Assembly: GCA_018812485.1 (NCBI GenBank)
Contig: JAHJDO010000103.1
Location: forward strand, 3,929 to 67,928
DNA from: a bacterium
Lineage (GTDB): Bacteria > JAHJDO01
Direction of reading: 5' to 3'
Length of the DNA stretch: 64,000 nt
The translations under genes and the position numbers were made by a program. Positions 17,972-27,399 of the stretch are shown here, piece by piece. Under the pieces are notes generated by a model. It had not been told where the DNA came from. It searched no databases and saw nothing but the letters and a program-made list of their open reading frames with translations. The stretch's first letter is position 1, and each line of letters starts with the position of its first letter.

Positions 17972-19195
17972 TCATTTTTCTGATAACACAGCACGAGCAA
18001 CACGAAGTACATTACCGCCAATAATTTTTTGAATATCCCTATCCGAGTATCCACGTTGAACCAGTCCTACAGTAAAAAGAGGCCAGTTGGTCCATGCAAG
18101 ACTCTGGCGCTGTTTTTCCTGTCTCCATTTTGGATCAAAAAGAGGATCATTTTCAGGCCAAAAATTTTCAAAGCGTGGATGTATTCTACGGCGTTTTGGA
18201 ATTTTTGTCTTTTCTTTTTCAGAACTTTGTGATTTATAGCCTCTATCAGTCCCGATGGCAACATGATCCACACCAAACTTGCGAACTGCATATTCAATAT
18301 GGTCCAATAATGCGTTAATGTCTCCATTCCTACCCAAAAATGCAGGTATACAGCAGATACCAATATAACCGCCAGTGTCAGCAATTGTGCGAATTACTTC
18401 ATCCGGCTTTGCCCGGCAGTGTTTGTTAATTGTCAGGCATGTCGAATGACTGGCTACTACAGGACGATCAGAAACTTTAGCTGATTCCAGACTTGTCTGC
18501 CATCCGGAATGTGCAACATCAACAATCACACCTGTCCGGTTCATCTCATGTATCACAGCACGACCAAAATCACTTAACCCACTATTGCTTATTTCTGCAC
18601 AGCCATCGCCAAGCATATTACGGCGATTATAGGTAAGATGCATCATCCTGCATCCCAATTGAAAGAAAATTTTAATATAGGGAAGCTCTTCTTCTACAGA
18701 ATTCCATTGCTGCGTTAAAGGAACACCATTCAGGCTAAGATAAAAGCAATGACGTCCTTGTTTCTTTGTGAGGTCAATATCATCCGGAACAGTTGCTCTG
18801 TTTAGGAAATTACTCATCATGTCAGTAACATGAGTAAAACGTGCGAATCGCTTTATAAGCCGTAAAGGCGATGGTCCTTCCGCACCTGCATTCTGAAAAA
18901 CACAGGTTACTCCGGATGCCTCCCATGCTTCTTTGAATTCCTTCTGCTCGGTTTTATCAACTAAATGTTGCATCATATTCATCTCTTCCATCAAGTCCAC
19001 TAGTTCTATGTTAGACGCTCCTTCCTCAATAGCCTTACAAATAGCATCTCCGTCAACCGCAGAACTAGGAGCAAATCCATAGGAATCGCAGACAATGGAG
19101 TTTCGATGAAGTTCAAGTCCATGCTCTAGGTCTTTTTTAGATGGCTTAAGAATGCTAAGAGCTATTTGTCTTTTTTTATTTATTTTATTATTCAT
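17972..19195 (-). CDS. Membrane dipeptidase (M19)-family amidohydrolase
   Basis: HLTYNRRN, GLSDFG, VDVAHSG, VASHS, IGTD, IIGGNVLRV; start probably ATG 19195 behind GGAGAGG (ORF open to 19234). Confidence 0.85.
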   Translation of the reverse strand: MNNKINKKRQIALSILKPSKKDLEHGLELHRNSIVCDSYGFAPSSAVDGDAICKAIEEGASNIELVDLMEEMNMMQHLVDKTEQKEFKEAWEASGVTCVFQNAGAEGPSPLRLIKRFARFTHVTDMMSNFLNRATVPDDIDLTKKQGRHCFYLSLNGVPLTQQWNSVEEELPYIKIFFQLGCRMMHLTYNRRNMLGDGCAEISNSGLSDFGRAVIHEMNRTGVIVDVAHSGWQTSLESAKVSDRPVVASHSTCLTINKHCRAKPDEVIRTIADTGGYIGICCIPAFLGRNGDINALLDHIEYAVRKFGVDHVAIGTDRGYKSQSSEKEKTKIPKRRRIHPRFENFWPENDPLFDPKWRQEKQRQSLAWTNWPLFTVGLVQRGYSDRDIQKIIGGNVLRVARAVLSEK

Positions 19196-19310
19196 TAGTT
19201 TATTGCCCTCTCCAACTGTTAGCTTTTTTCTCATTACTTTTTATAACTAAATCATTGCTATTTTCTGTTCTACCAAATTTCGTGTGGCAGTGTAAAATAC
19301 TTCCTATTTT

Positions 19311-22300
19311 TTATCCATCGCTAGGACGGCGAAGTAAGTAAAGCACAGTAGAACAAGGTGGGATATTAACCGTGAAGGAGGAAATTTCCTTGCCAATAAC
19401 TTTCTGAGCAAAAGCGTCGTACACATCCATAGGTTGGGGGAGAGAAATTATTTTCTTTCCTCCTTCCTTGGTGTGAATCGAGAGCATAGATTTATTGGCA
19501 TAGATGATGTCATTCTTAGTGTCCAGATATCGATGCACCCCAGCATACTCAAAGATGTTCTGAAGGACGTCCCGAGATACGAAAGGAATGGATATATATA
19601 TTGAGGTCCATCCTTTAAAATTTTTAAGGCAGAAAGCTGGTAATTTTTTACTCTTAAAAGGTTGCAATCCTAATACAGTTACTGTAGGGTCATCAACATA
19701 AAAAACAGGACCTTCTATTAATAACTCTTTACCAAAACAGGCAATCTCTTCCTTCTTGGTCCCTCCCGAAAAGGTCTCCAAATCCTTCAAAGAGAGGTCA
19801 TAATCTTTCCTCAAATTTATGTCCAGGAATAGTCTTAGGTAGTGAAGAGGAAAGGTAATCTCTTCAGGTTTAATAGGAGAATCTGGATGATACATACAGT
19901 AGTAGTCATCTTTGGCAAACATTACTTGCTGCCATTTCCCAGGAAGAACAATCTGAGGCCGAACACTCCAGAGTGTCTGCTTTCCATCCCATAAATGCAT
20001 CTGTAGACCAAAACTACTTGCCGCGGAATTTTTTACCCACATTCCTATAAAATCAAATTTCTTTATCCTTTCAGCAAAGATATTAGTGTCTACATAGTTC
20101 TTGAATATATTGGTAGGTGTGTAGCCACCTTGACCTCCGTGGAATTTCCATCTCATTACATTATTCTCTGCCTTCAAGGTATGATTCAAAAGTTTAAGTG
20201 ATTTGTGACTCCATTTATCTACATCGGTAAGTTCAGATAAGGAAGTGATTTTGCTAATGTTGGTTGGGAGTGTTCTTTTGATAGTGGGCAAACCCTGTGT
20301 CAAGGAATGAGATGCGGATATCTCTATTACCTGTGGAGCTTTTTCTCTGATAGATTTTACCTTCATACCTATCAAGCTAGAAATATTCTCATCAGATGCG
20401 CCTTCTTCATCAATGAAGCCAGGGGCATAAAGCCAGAGAATTACTTTATCATTTCTCTTAGTTACCTTCTCTATGCATAGGCGCTGTTCCTGGGTGAGGA
20501 CGAAGCAATTAAGAAATATATAGACCTTATAATCCGGCAATTCCTTCTTTCCCAGGTCATTGAGGAGAATTACATCAAACGGAATTCCGCATTTAAATAA
20601 TTCACTATGAATTTCAGTTGTCAAAATAGAAGTAAATGTTCTCGGATACTGTCCGTGTTCTAAATAATAAAGACTTTCTAAGTCATAAATTAAGGCTACT
20701 TCGCTCACTGAACCTCTATTTAATTCTAAGCTTTCCTGGGCAATCTCCTGCATCCTGGCTATATTCTCCATAATAATGGGGTCATCATACCAGCCTCCCC
20801 TTGGCTCTCTGCCAAAATCAGCCCACATGAATGCTACTCCCCAAGCCAGGCTGTGGCAGAACTGCCGGCGAATCTTGGCTATGGACTCAGTAAGATTGGC
20901 GGCCCAGCAGAAATCCTTAGACGCAATATGAGTTCTAATATCTGCGTCTTGGATAGATAGTTTTCCATGTAATCTCATACTCTCAACACTATGCCTTAAC
21001 TGTCCATCGCCACCCATCATCCGTTTCTTATATACAGATGGAGAAATGAAGTAATCCACCAGTGGGGAAGAAAGGACTTTTTCTTGAGCACCATGCCCGA
21101 ATTCAGGTGGGTACATGCACATCCCAAAAAGATAGCCATAATAGACTCCATAGAGCACGCGCTGGTTAGTTTCTTCCTTAACAATTTTCCCAAAATAAAG
21201 AATGTCTTCGGCAATTACTTCATCATGGCAATGATAGTAATCAAGAACCTTGCACTCTTTATGAGGATCCTTGAAGACGAGAAGAGAATTAGTCAGTCTC
21301 TCTTTCTTGTCGGGAATGGTGGCATTTTCAAAATTAACTGCAGGGTCTCCCCATGCTTTTTTTAAGAGAGATACACTTCCATACTTTTTTCTGAGCCATT
21401 CCCGGAATTTTTGGGTCATTGCTTTCCCTGTATCGGGCATATCCCATCGTTGTCCATAATAATACCACTCTGAAGTACCGCCATAGCGTGTTTCACAGCT
21501 AATTATCCTTTTGCCCCACTGTGTTCCTTCCAGATGTTTTATCCAATCTCTCAATACCTGACCAACTTCCTCTCTCCACACTTTCGAGGCAAGAGATGCT
21601 CTCTTTGCTCTGCCTGACTCATCAGCGGCAGGAACCACGGGTCCGGTAGCGTATCCTATCCATTCATCAGGGTGTTTATCCATCCACCAATCAGGAGGCT
21701 CCAGTGAAAGAGAAAATAGAATGAAGGCTTGGGGATCAATGCTTATTATTCTTCTCATCTCGTTATCCGAAGCGGTAAAATCATACTCCCCTGGAGAAAG
21801 CCATGTTTTTTTAAGGATAACAATTAGTTCATATATATGCACACCTGCTTTCTTAAAATTTTCAATCTGTCTTTCTCCGCAAGAGCTAAAGGGGCCTGAG
21901 TATGGGTTAAGGTAATATATGGCTGGATAGGGCTTCTCATTAATGATAAAAGCAGGGAAACCTCTTGAGAGATCAATTCTGCAGGAAGCCTTCTTTTCCT
22001 TATTCAAAAAATTTAGGGGCCCAATCAATTTTTCTTTTGCCATTCTCCTTTGAGCAAGTTCATGAGTATCTGCAAAGAGTTGATTGTCGAATCTATCAGC
22101 CCAGGGAGCCGAGAAAGCATCCCCTATAATATAACCTTTTTTCCATGAGGAATCATCAAAAGAGGAGGTCATCCATGATTTATCAATTTTTTTACTAACT
22201 TTCCAGCTCGAATCCGAGAAAAGAAATTGTTTATCTCCTGAGGAAAGTTCGAGAATTCCCTTTAACATGAGAGCAGCCATTGAGCCCTCATTATATGCCT

Positions 22301-23975
22301 CGACTGCTATTATATTAGTGCCCTCTTTAAGAGAATGGCTAATATCGTATTTCATTACCTTCTGCCAATCATCACTCTTCCCTATCTCTTTACCATTTAC
22401 ATATAAATTGAAAGCGTTGTCAGCAGTTATCCAGAGAGAAGAGGACTTTACCGGATGTATAATCTTGAAACTTTTCCTGAAGTACCGCCATTGCTTGCGG
22501 CAACTCAGTGATGGGTCCTCAGGATACCATATCCATCTTGCCTTGGTAAGAAGCGGTTTTTCCTTCACTTTCTCTAAAGGGAAAAAAGTGCGGACTACAT
22601 TGGAGATTTCAACCTCATCGATAATACCATTGAATGGCTCACGTGAATCACTACCAGCGCCAATAGTCACATTCGTCACGTTGGCAGCAATCTTATAGTC
22701 ACTCAGATTCCTCAGGATTGTCGATTTAACACACAAACCATTTATGTAAAGATTCACCGCTCTCGTTTCAGAATCATAGGTTCCCGCAATATGGTACCAC
22801 CGATCAGCAATAAGAATAGAGTCTGAAGCAATTACCTCCTTGATATTTCCAAGATTCAATTCCATCAGGAATTGATCTCCATTTACCAAAAGCCGGTAAC
22901 TATCTAACTTAGAGATTATCCGCTGATTTACAAAGCGTCGTTCCTTAATACATATCCAGGCTTGGAGAGTAATTTTATCTGTGATGTTCAGACCAGAAGA
23001 CCAAGGCATTTTAATGTAGTCATCTACACCATCAAAGAGCAGTCCACCATTTAACTTACCTGTAGTCCAGTTAGCACCGTTAATCATCCCATGATTGGCA
23101 TAAGCACTACTATCTGAAGCTTTATCTCCGCTTCCCTCATCTAAATGTAGCAACACTGCATCCTCATCGAGTTTAACAGTAAAAAAGGCACGAACAGTAT
23201 TCGAAATCCTGACTTCATCTATCATTCCATCGAAAAAACATGAACCACCAAACCTGGTTCTTGCTCCTATGGCTAAATCCCAATTAGCTTGTGCTGGTGC
23301 ATGGTCCCAATTTAAACTCTTAAGCAACGCTCCATCTAAATAAATCTTTAATTGCTTTCCAGTCCAAACACCAGCCACATGATGCCAACGATTATCCCTC
23401 AAGTCTGGACCTCCTGTCACTCCGCCACAGGTATCCAGACCAGACATTATGTTAAATCTTATAACACCATTATAAAGAGATAAAGTATAGCCCCGGGTAC
23501 CGGCTGGACTATAAATACCTGGAGTTGTTGAAATATAATCATATTTATCTACAATCATATTACGTTCAGCAACCCCTCTTGCCTTAATCCATGCTTCTAT
23601 GGTGAATGGCTCCTGTAAATCAAGAGCAGACTCAGCGGCACTGTCATCAATCCTCACAAAACTTGAGGTGCCATTAAATTCTAACCCATTTCCAAATTTA
23701 CCTTCAATCCAACTTGGTTGGGTCGTACCCTCCGTTGTTCCATTAAAGCTATTAGCACTTGGGTCATGCACCGTGTTCCCACCTCCCTCATCCATATGTA
23801 AAAGTAGAACTGTATTCTTATCAATTTCAAAGGGTTTTGGTCCGATGTCTTTTATTGGTTCCTGCTCAGTTTCTTTTATAGTAGCCCCCTTAAACGGGTT
23901 TACATCATCTGCCATTATTGTACCAACCTGACCAAAAATAAAAACTGCCATCAAAAAATACTTTAACCTTTTCAT
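19311..23975 (-). CDS. Large secreted multidomain glycosidase-like protein: signal peptide, 2x LamG, rhamnosidase-N-like beta domain, GH42-like barrel and C-terminal domains
   Basis: MKRLKYFLMAVFIFG signal; two LamG repeats (WHHVAG..YLDG..IDEVRI; WYHIAG..YING..IDEVEI); WIW..YFRKSF..ADN..YVNG; GGTSEW, FREWLRKKYG..L..AW, DYY, YYGY, YKVYIF, WLYAPG. Confidence 0.75.
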   Translation of the reverse strand: MKRLKYFLMAVFIFGQVGTIMADDVNPFKGATIKETEQEPIKDIGPKPFEIDKNTVLLLHMDEGGGNTVHDPSANSFNGTTEGTTQPSWIEGKFGNGLEFNGTSSFVRIDDSAAESALDLQEPFTIEAWIKARGVAERNMIVDKYDYISTTPGIYSPAGTRGYTLSLYNGVIRFNIMSGLDTCGGVTGGPDLRDNRWHHVAGVWTGKQLKIYLDGALLKSLNWDHAPAQANWDLAIGARTRFGGSCFFDGMIDEVRISNTVRAFFTVKLDEDAVLLHLDEGSGDKASDSSAYANHGMINGANWTTGKLNGGLLFDGVDDYIKMPWSSGLNITDKITLQAWICIKERRFVNQRIISKLDSYRLLVNGDQFLMELNLGNIKEVIASDSILIADRWYHIAGTYDSETRAVNLYINGLCVKSTILRNLSDYKIAANVTNVTIGAGSDSREPFNGIIDEVEISNVVRTFFPLEKVKEKPLLTKARWIWYPEDPSLSCRKQWRYFRKSFKIIHPVKSSSLWITADNAFNLYVNGKEIGKSDDWQKVMKYDISHSLKEGTNIIAVEAYNEGSMAALMLKGILELSSGDKQFLFSDSSWKVSKKIDKSWMTSSFDDSSWKKGYIIGDAFSAPWADRFDNQLFADTHELAQRRMAKEKLIGPLNFLNKEKKASCRIDLSRGFPAFIINEKPYPAIYYLNPYSGPFSSCGERQIENFKKAGVHIYELIVILKKTWLSPGEYDFTASDNEMRRIISIDPQAFILFSLSLEPPDWWMDKHPDEWIGYATGPVVPAADESGRAKRASLASKVWREEVGQVLRDWIKHLEGTQWGKRIISCETRYGGTSEWYYYGQRWDMPDTGKAMTQKFREWLRKKYGSVSLLKKAWGDPAVNFENATIPDKKERLTNSLLVFKDPHKECKVLDYYHCHDEVIAEDILYFGKIVKEETNQRVLYGVYYGYLFGMCMYPPEFGHGAQEKVLSSPLVDYFISPSVYKKRMMGGDGQLRHSVESMRLHGKLSIQDADIRTHIASKDFCWAANLTESIAKIRRQFCHSLAWGVAFMWADFGREPRGGWYDDPIIMENIARMQEIAQESLELNRGSVSEVALIYDLESLYYLEHGQYPRTFTSILTTEIHSELFKCGIPFDVILLNDLGKKELPDYKVYIFLNCFVLTQEQRLCIEKVTKRNDKVILWLYAPGFIDEEGASDENISSLIGMKVKSIREKAPQVIEISASHSLTQGLPTIKRTLPTNISKITSLSELTDVDKWSHKSLKLLNHTLKAENNVMRWKFHGGQGGYTPTNIFKNYVDTNIFAERIKKFDFIGMWVKNSAASSFGLQMHLWDGKQTLWSVRPQIVLPGKWQQVMFAKDDYYCMYHPDSPIKPEEITFPLHYLRLFLDINLRKDYDLSLKDLETFSGGTKKEEIACFGKELLIEGPVFYVDDPTVTVLGLQPFKSKKLPAFCLKNFKGWTSIYISIPFVSRDVLQNIFEYAGVHRYLDTKNDIIYANKSMLSIHTKEGGKKIISLPQPMDVYDAFAQKVIGKEISSFTVNIPPCSTVLYLLRRPSDG

Positions 23976-24061
23976 AGATAATTCTCCTTTTTTTCTGTAT
24001 ATTTTTACTCATCATTACATAATTTACAGCATTTTTTAGCAAAGGTTGCATTTTAGATGAT

Positions 24062-24715
24062 TCAATACGTGGGTAATGTCATGGCAGCGGTAACCTTATC
24101 ATGAAGCATCCACTCTACATGGCCATCAGAGAAGAGAAGATTTAGCCCCCCAGAATGATAGTCTCCGAGTCTTCCGAGGGAAGCACTATCAGTACCTGCA
24201 TATCCACAGGTGCCAGGTTTCATACGAGGATCAAAGGAGGTGAAGTCACCAAAAGACTGTATTGAATCAGCTATAACCCATTTATTAGTAGGATTTTTAA
24301 CGTGATTTTCTTTTACATAATTGAAAACACCTCCTGTATATATCCCAAAATTGAGGTTGTAGGTATAGGTAAAACTTCCGGCACCAGCCCAATTCGCACT
24401 TGGACAACGCCTAACCCCCTCTATTTGAGAACCTATATAGGGAGCCAATGGGCCATCAGAGAAAAACCAGTAGTGAAAGTCAGGTCCTCCATTTCCTATG
24501 GGGAAATATCCATCGTAGTCATCTATGTACATTGTAACAGCCAAGCCCCATTGCCTCAGGTTAGAGATGCATTTTATCCTTCTAGCCATTTCCCTTGCTC
24601 CAGTAAGCGCAGGCAAAAGCAGTGATGCAAGCAGAGCAATAATAGCTATTACGACCAAAAGCTCAATAAGCGTAAATCCGACACTCTCAAACTTATCCCT
24701 CATCCATTTCATCAT
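24062..24715 (-). CDS. Prepilin-type N-terminal cleavage/methylation protein with C-terminal H-X9-DG motif (DUF1559-like)
   Basis: G|[40 protein letters not shown]; [14 protein letters not shown]; start ATG 24715 behind GAGGAGG. Confidence 0.93.
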   Translation of the reverse strand: MMKWMRDKFESVGFTLIELLVVIAIIALLASLLLPALTGAREMARRIKCISNLRQWGLAVTMYIDDYDGYFPIGNGGPDFHYWFFSDGPLAPYIGSQIEGVRRCPSANWAGAGSFTYTYNLNFGIYTGGVFNYVKENHVKNPTNKWVIADSIQSFGDFTSFDPRMKPGTCGYAGTDSASLGRLGDYHSGGLNLLFSDGHVEWMLHDKVTAAMTLPTY

Positions 24716-24743
24716 AATTTGTTTCCTCCTCTTTTGGAGAACA

Positions 24744-24809
24744 ATTGTAGCATATAGCAAATAGTTTTAACAAACTATAAGGATTTTAAGAAAAACTAGG
24801 AGGATTTTA
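24744..24809 (-). promoter_or_regulatory. Putative AraC operator and extended -10 promoter of pilin-like gene
   Basis: 17-bp direct repeat TAAAATCCTnnTAGTTT at 24793-24809 and 24772-24788 (15/17, 21 bp spacing) abutting the -35 region; TGC-TACAAT at 24752-24744. Confidence 0.7.
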
Positions 24810-25697
24810 GGATTTTCTGTATTCACTGGGGGAGGTTTTGATAAGCTCTTTGAACATCCTGGCAAAGTAACTGGAATCATGAAAACCTACTTCAAAACAT
24901 ACATCCGTGACGGATTTATCAGTATTTGAAAGTAAGTCACACGCTTTTTGTATGCGATAATTTGTTACATATTCCATTGGGGTCATGCCGCTTATGTCTT
25001 TAAATACCTTGCAGAAATAGTTTGTCTGCAAATAGCCAATATCAGCCAGATCCTTCAGGTGGATATCCTTATCGTAATTGTCTTCAACATATCTTATGAC
25101 CCTGAAACAAGTTTCCCTTTTTGTGGATATGTCTTTATCAATGTTTTTCTGTTTCTGGTAGTCTGAATAAAACCTGCAGACATTTACTATAAGTTCAAAT
25201 ATATATGCCTTAATCAAAATATTATATCCTTCAGGTTCTTTTTCTATTTCATTCACTGTCTTATTCAATATAGCTTCTACAAATTTAGATTGTTCGCTGG
25301 TAAGATGAAGTTTATATTTAAAATCTGTTTCTTTTCTATAAAAGGGCTCTATATAGAATAAGTCGTTAAAACTGTCTATATCTTTAAGCTTGCTTCTAAT
25401 TTCCTTTTTAAATACAGCTGAGTCTATCAGGATGTTCACTAACTCTAAATTATCTGCATTCTTATAACCATGCGCTTGTTCAGGAGTAATTACAAAAAAA
25501 TCGCCCACTGTGACAGGAAATTCTGCGTTTTTTGATTTTTTATTTTCGCCTTGCATCTGAATAACATTAATCCCCTTTCCTCTTAATATGTAAACCAGTT
25601 CTATAAAGTCATGTGTATGTAATTCAAGATCTAACTGCTCAAGTTTAAAAACATATATCTCTAGGTCTTTTTTAAAACGCTTTTTTGATGATTTCAT
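24807..25697 (-). CDS. AraC-family regulator with cupin sensor (RhaR/RhaS-like)
   Basis: HTHDFIELVYILRGKG..HGY cupin; C-terminal HTH (VCFEVGFHDSSYFARMFK). Confidence 0.92.
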   Translation of the reverse strand: MKSSKKRFKKDLEIYVFKLEQLDLELHTHDFIELVYILRGKGINVIQMQGENKKSKNAEFPVTVGDFFVITPEQAHGYKNADNLELVNILIDSAVFKKEIRSKLKDIDSFNDLFYIEPFYRKETDFKYKLHLTSEQSKFVEAILNKTVNEIEKEPEGYNILIKAYIFELIVNVCRFYSDYQKQKNIDKDISTKRETCFRVIRYVEDNYDKDIHLKDLADIGYLQTNYFCKVFKDISGMTPMEYVTNYRIQKACDLLSNTDKSVTDVCFEVGFHDSSYFARMFKELIKTSPSEYRKS

Positions 25698-25875
25698 GAT
25701 GGTTTTTTATTTATACAATATAAATACTAACACATTTTGAACAAATTTAAAAATTTTTACTCAGTGCTCCCTATTATTGACATTTATTTTGCTAGTATCA
25801 ATATCTATCAAAACTATTCTATAAGGAGGGGAGTAAATGGCTTTATTATTTTACATTACCTAGACAGCGCATCAT

Positions 25876-25904
25876 TTGATTTATTATACTCCATGAGATA
25901 TAAT
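25876..25904 (+). promoter_or_regulatory. Sigma70-type promoter of purN operon
   Basis: TTGATT-17 bp-TATAAT, 8 nt before the purN ATG; no SD. Confidence 0.65.
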
Positions 25905-25912
25905 CAAAAACC

Positions 25913-26539
25913 ATGATGGAAAAAGCGAAATTAGGGGTTTTGGTATCAGGCAGAGGATCCAATCTTCAGTCTATTATTGATAATATTGGAAAAGGGAAAT
26001 TGAATGCGGAAATAGCTGTTGTTATAAGTGATGTAAAGAATGCCTATGCTCTGGAAAGGGCAAGGAAATATAATATAAAAACATGTTTTGTCAATCCCAA
26101 AGATTTTAAAAACCGCGGCGGATTTTTTGATGAAATAGCAAAAACTCTGGAAGAAAACAATGTCGAATATGTGATTCTTGCAGGATTTATGAGAATAATT
26201 CCTTTATCACTAATAAATGTATATAAAAATAAAATGTTGAATATTCATCCTGCGCTGCTTCCTTCTTTTCCAGGGTTGGGCGTGCAGAAAAAAGCACTGG
26301 AATATGGAGTGAAATATTCTGGCTGTACAGTGCATTTTGTTGATGAAGGATGTGATACAGGGCCCATAGTTCTTCAGGCAGTTGTTCCTGTGCTTGAGGA
26401 TGATACTGAGGAAACTCTATCTCAGCGTATCCTTAAAGAAGAACACAGAATTTATCCGGAGGCTATTGATAGGGTTATAAATGGTAAGGTAAAGATTGTG
26501 GGGAGAAGGGTAGAAAGTTATGAAAAAGAAACTATTTAA
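25913..26539 (+). CDS. purN: Phosphoribosylglycinamide formyltransferase
   Basis: SGRGSNLQ, LAGFMRI, NIHPALLPSFPG, GCTVHFVDEGCDTGPI. Confidence 0.97.
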   Translation: MMEKAKLGVLVSGRGSNLQSIIDNIGKGKLNAEIAVVISDVKNAYALERARKYNIKTCFVNPKDFKNRGGFFDEIAKTLEENNVEYVILAGFMRIIPLSLINVYKNKMLNIHPALLPSFPGLGVQKKALEYGVKYSGCTVHFVDEGCDTGPIVLQAVVPVLEDDTEETLSQRILKEEHRIYPEAIDRVINGKVKIVGRRVESYEKETI

Positions 26540-27386
26540 CAAAGTTTGCATATTTGGTGTTGGACTTATTGGCGGTTCTATCGGTATGGCGATTAAAAAG
26601 GATGGATTAGCTGATGAAGTTATCGGTATTGGCAGAAATATTGCAAAACTTGAAAAAGCTGTTTTAGCGGGAGCAGTTGATAGGGTTACGACTGATTATA
26701 TAGCAGAGGTTAGGGATGCGGATCTGGTAATTCTGTCAATGCATATAAAATCCTCTATTGAAGCTGCAAAAAAAATAGCACCTTTTTTAAAAAAAGACGC
26801 AGTAGTTACTGACGTAGAAAGCACAAAAGAACTGTTTTGTAAGAAGATACAGGAGATACTGCCTGATGGAATACATTTTGTTGGTGCTCATCCAATAGCT
26901 GGCTTGGAAAGACACGGTGTTGATGTTGCAACCAATAGATTATTTGATGGAACAGTATGTATAATTACAAAAACCTCAAAAACAAATAAAGATGCGCTCC
27001 TAAAAGTTAAAAAGCTATGGAACAAAATAGGAGCCAGTGTTGTATTTTTCTCTCCAAGTCAACATGATAAGCTGGTTGCTCTTACAAGTCATCTGCCTCA
27101 TATAGCAGCTGTATCACTTGTTAATGCTCTGGGCAAAACAGAGACGGTAGATAAAGATTTAAAACTTGTCATTGGAAAAGGGTTTAAAGACACAACCAGA
27201 ATTGCTTCAAGTTCTCCAGAGATGTGGCAGGAGATATGTATAACAAATAAAAAGAATATCTTAGATGCTTTATCGAGATTCCAAAGAGAACTGGATAAGA
27301 TATACAAATTAATAAACAAATCTGACAGAGAAGGACTGACTAAAGAGCTTGAAAAAGCAAAATCTCTCAGAACTAGTTTGAAGTAA
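26520..27386 (+). CDS. tyrA: Prephenate/arogenate dehydrogenase
   Basis: GVGLIGGS, GAHPIAG, HD..VALTSHLPH, GFKDTTRIA. Confidence 0.93.
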   Translation: MKKKLFNKVCIFGVGLIGGSIGMAIKKDGLADEVIGIGRNIAKLEKAVLAGAVDRVTTDYIAEVRDADLVILSMHIKSSIEAAKKIAPFLKKDAVVTDVESTKELFCKKIQEILPDGIHFVGAHPIAGLERHGVDVATNRLFDGTVCIITKTSKTNKDALLKVKKLWNKIGASVVFFSPSQHDKLVALTSHLPHIAAVSLVNALGKTETVDKDLKLVIGKGFKDTTRIASSSPEMWQEICITNKKNILDALSRFQRELDKIYKLINKSDREGLTKELEKAKSLRTSLK

Positions 27387-27399
27387 AAAGATAGGATTT

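Noticed and set aside
12939-25890. Possible direct repeats at the borders of the glycan locus (TAAATG.CTT; TCAT.TGAT)
   Set aside because: Short, differently spaced and AT-rich; not distinguishable from chance by eye
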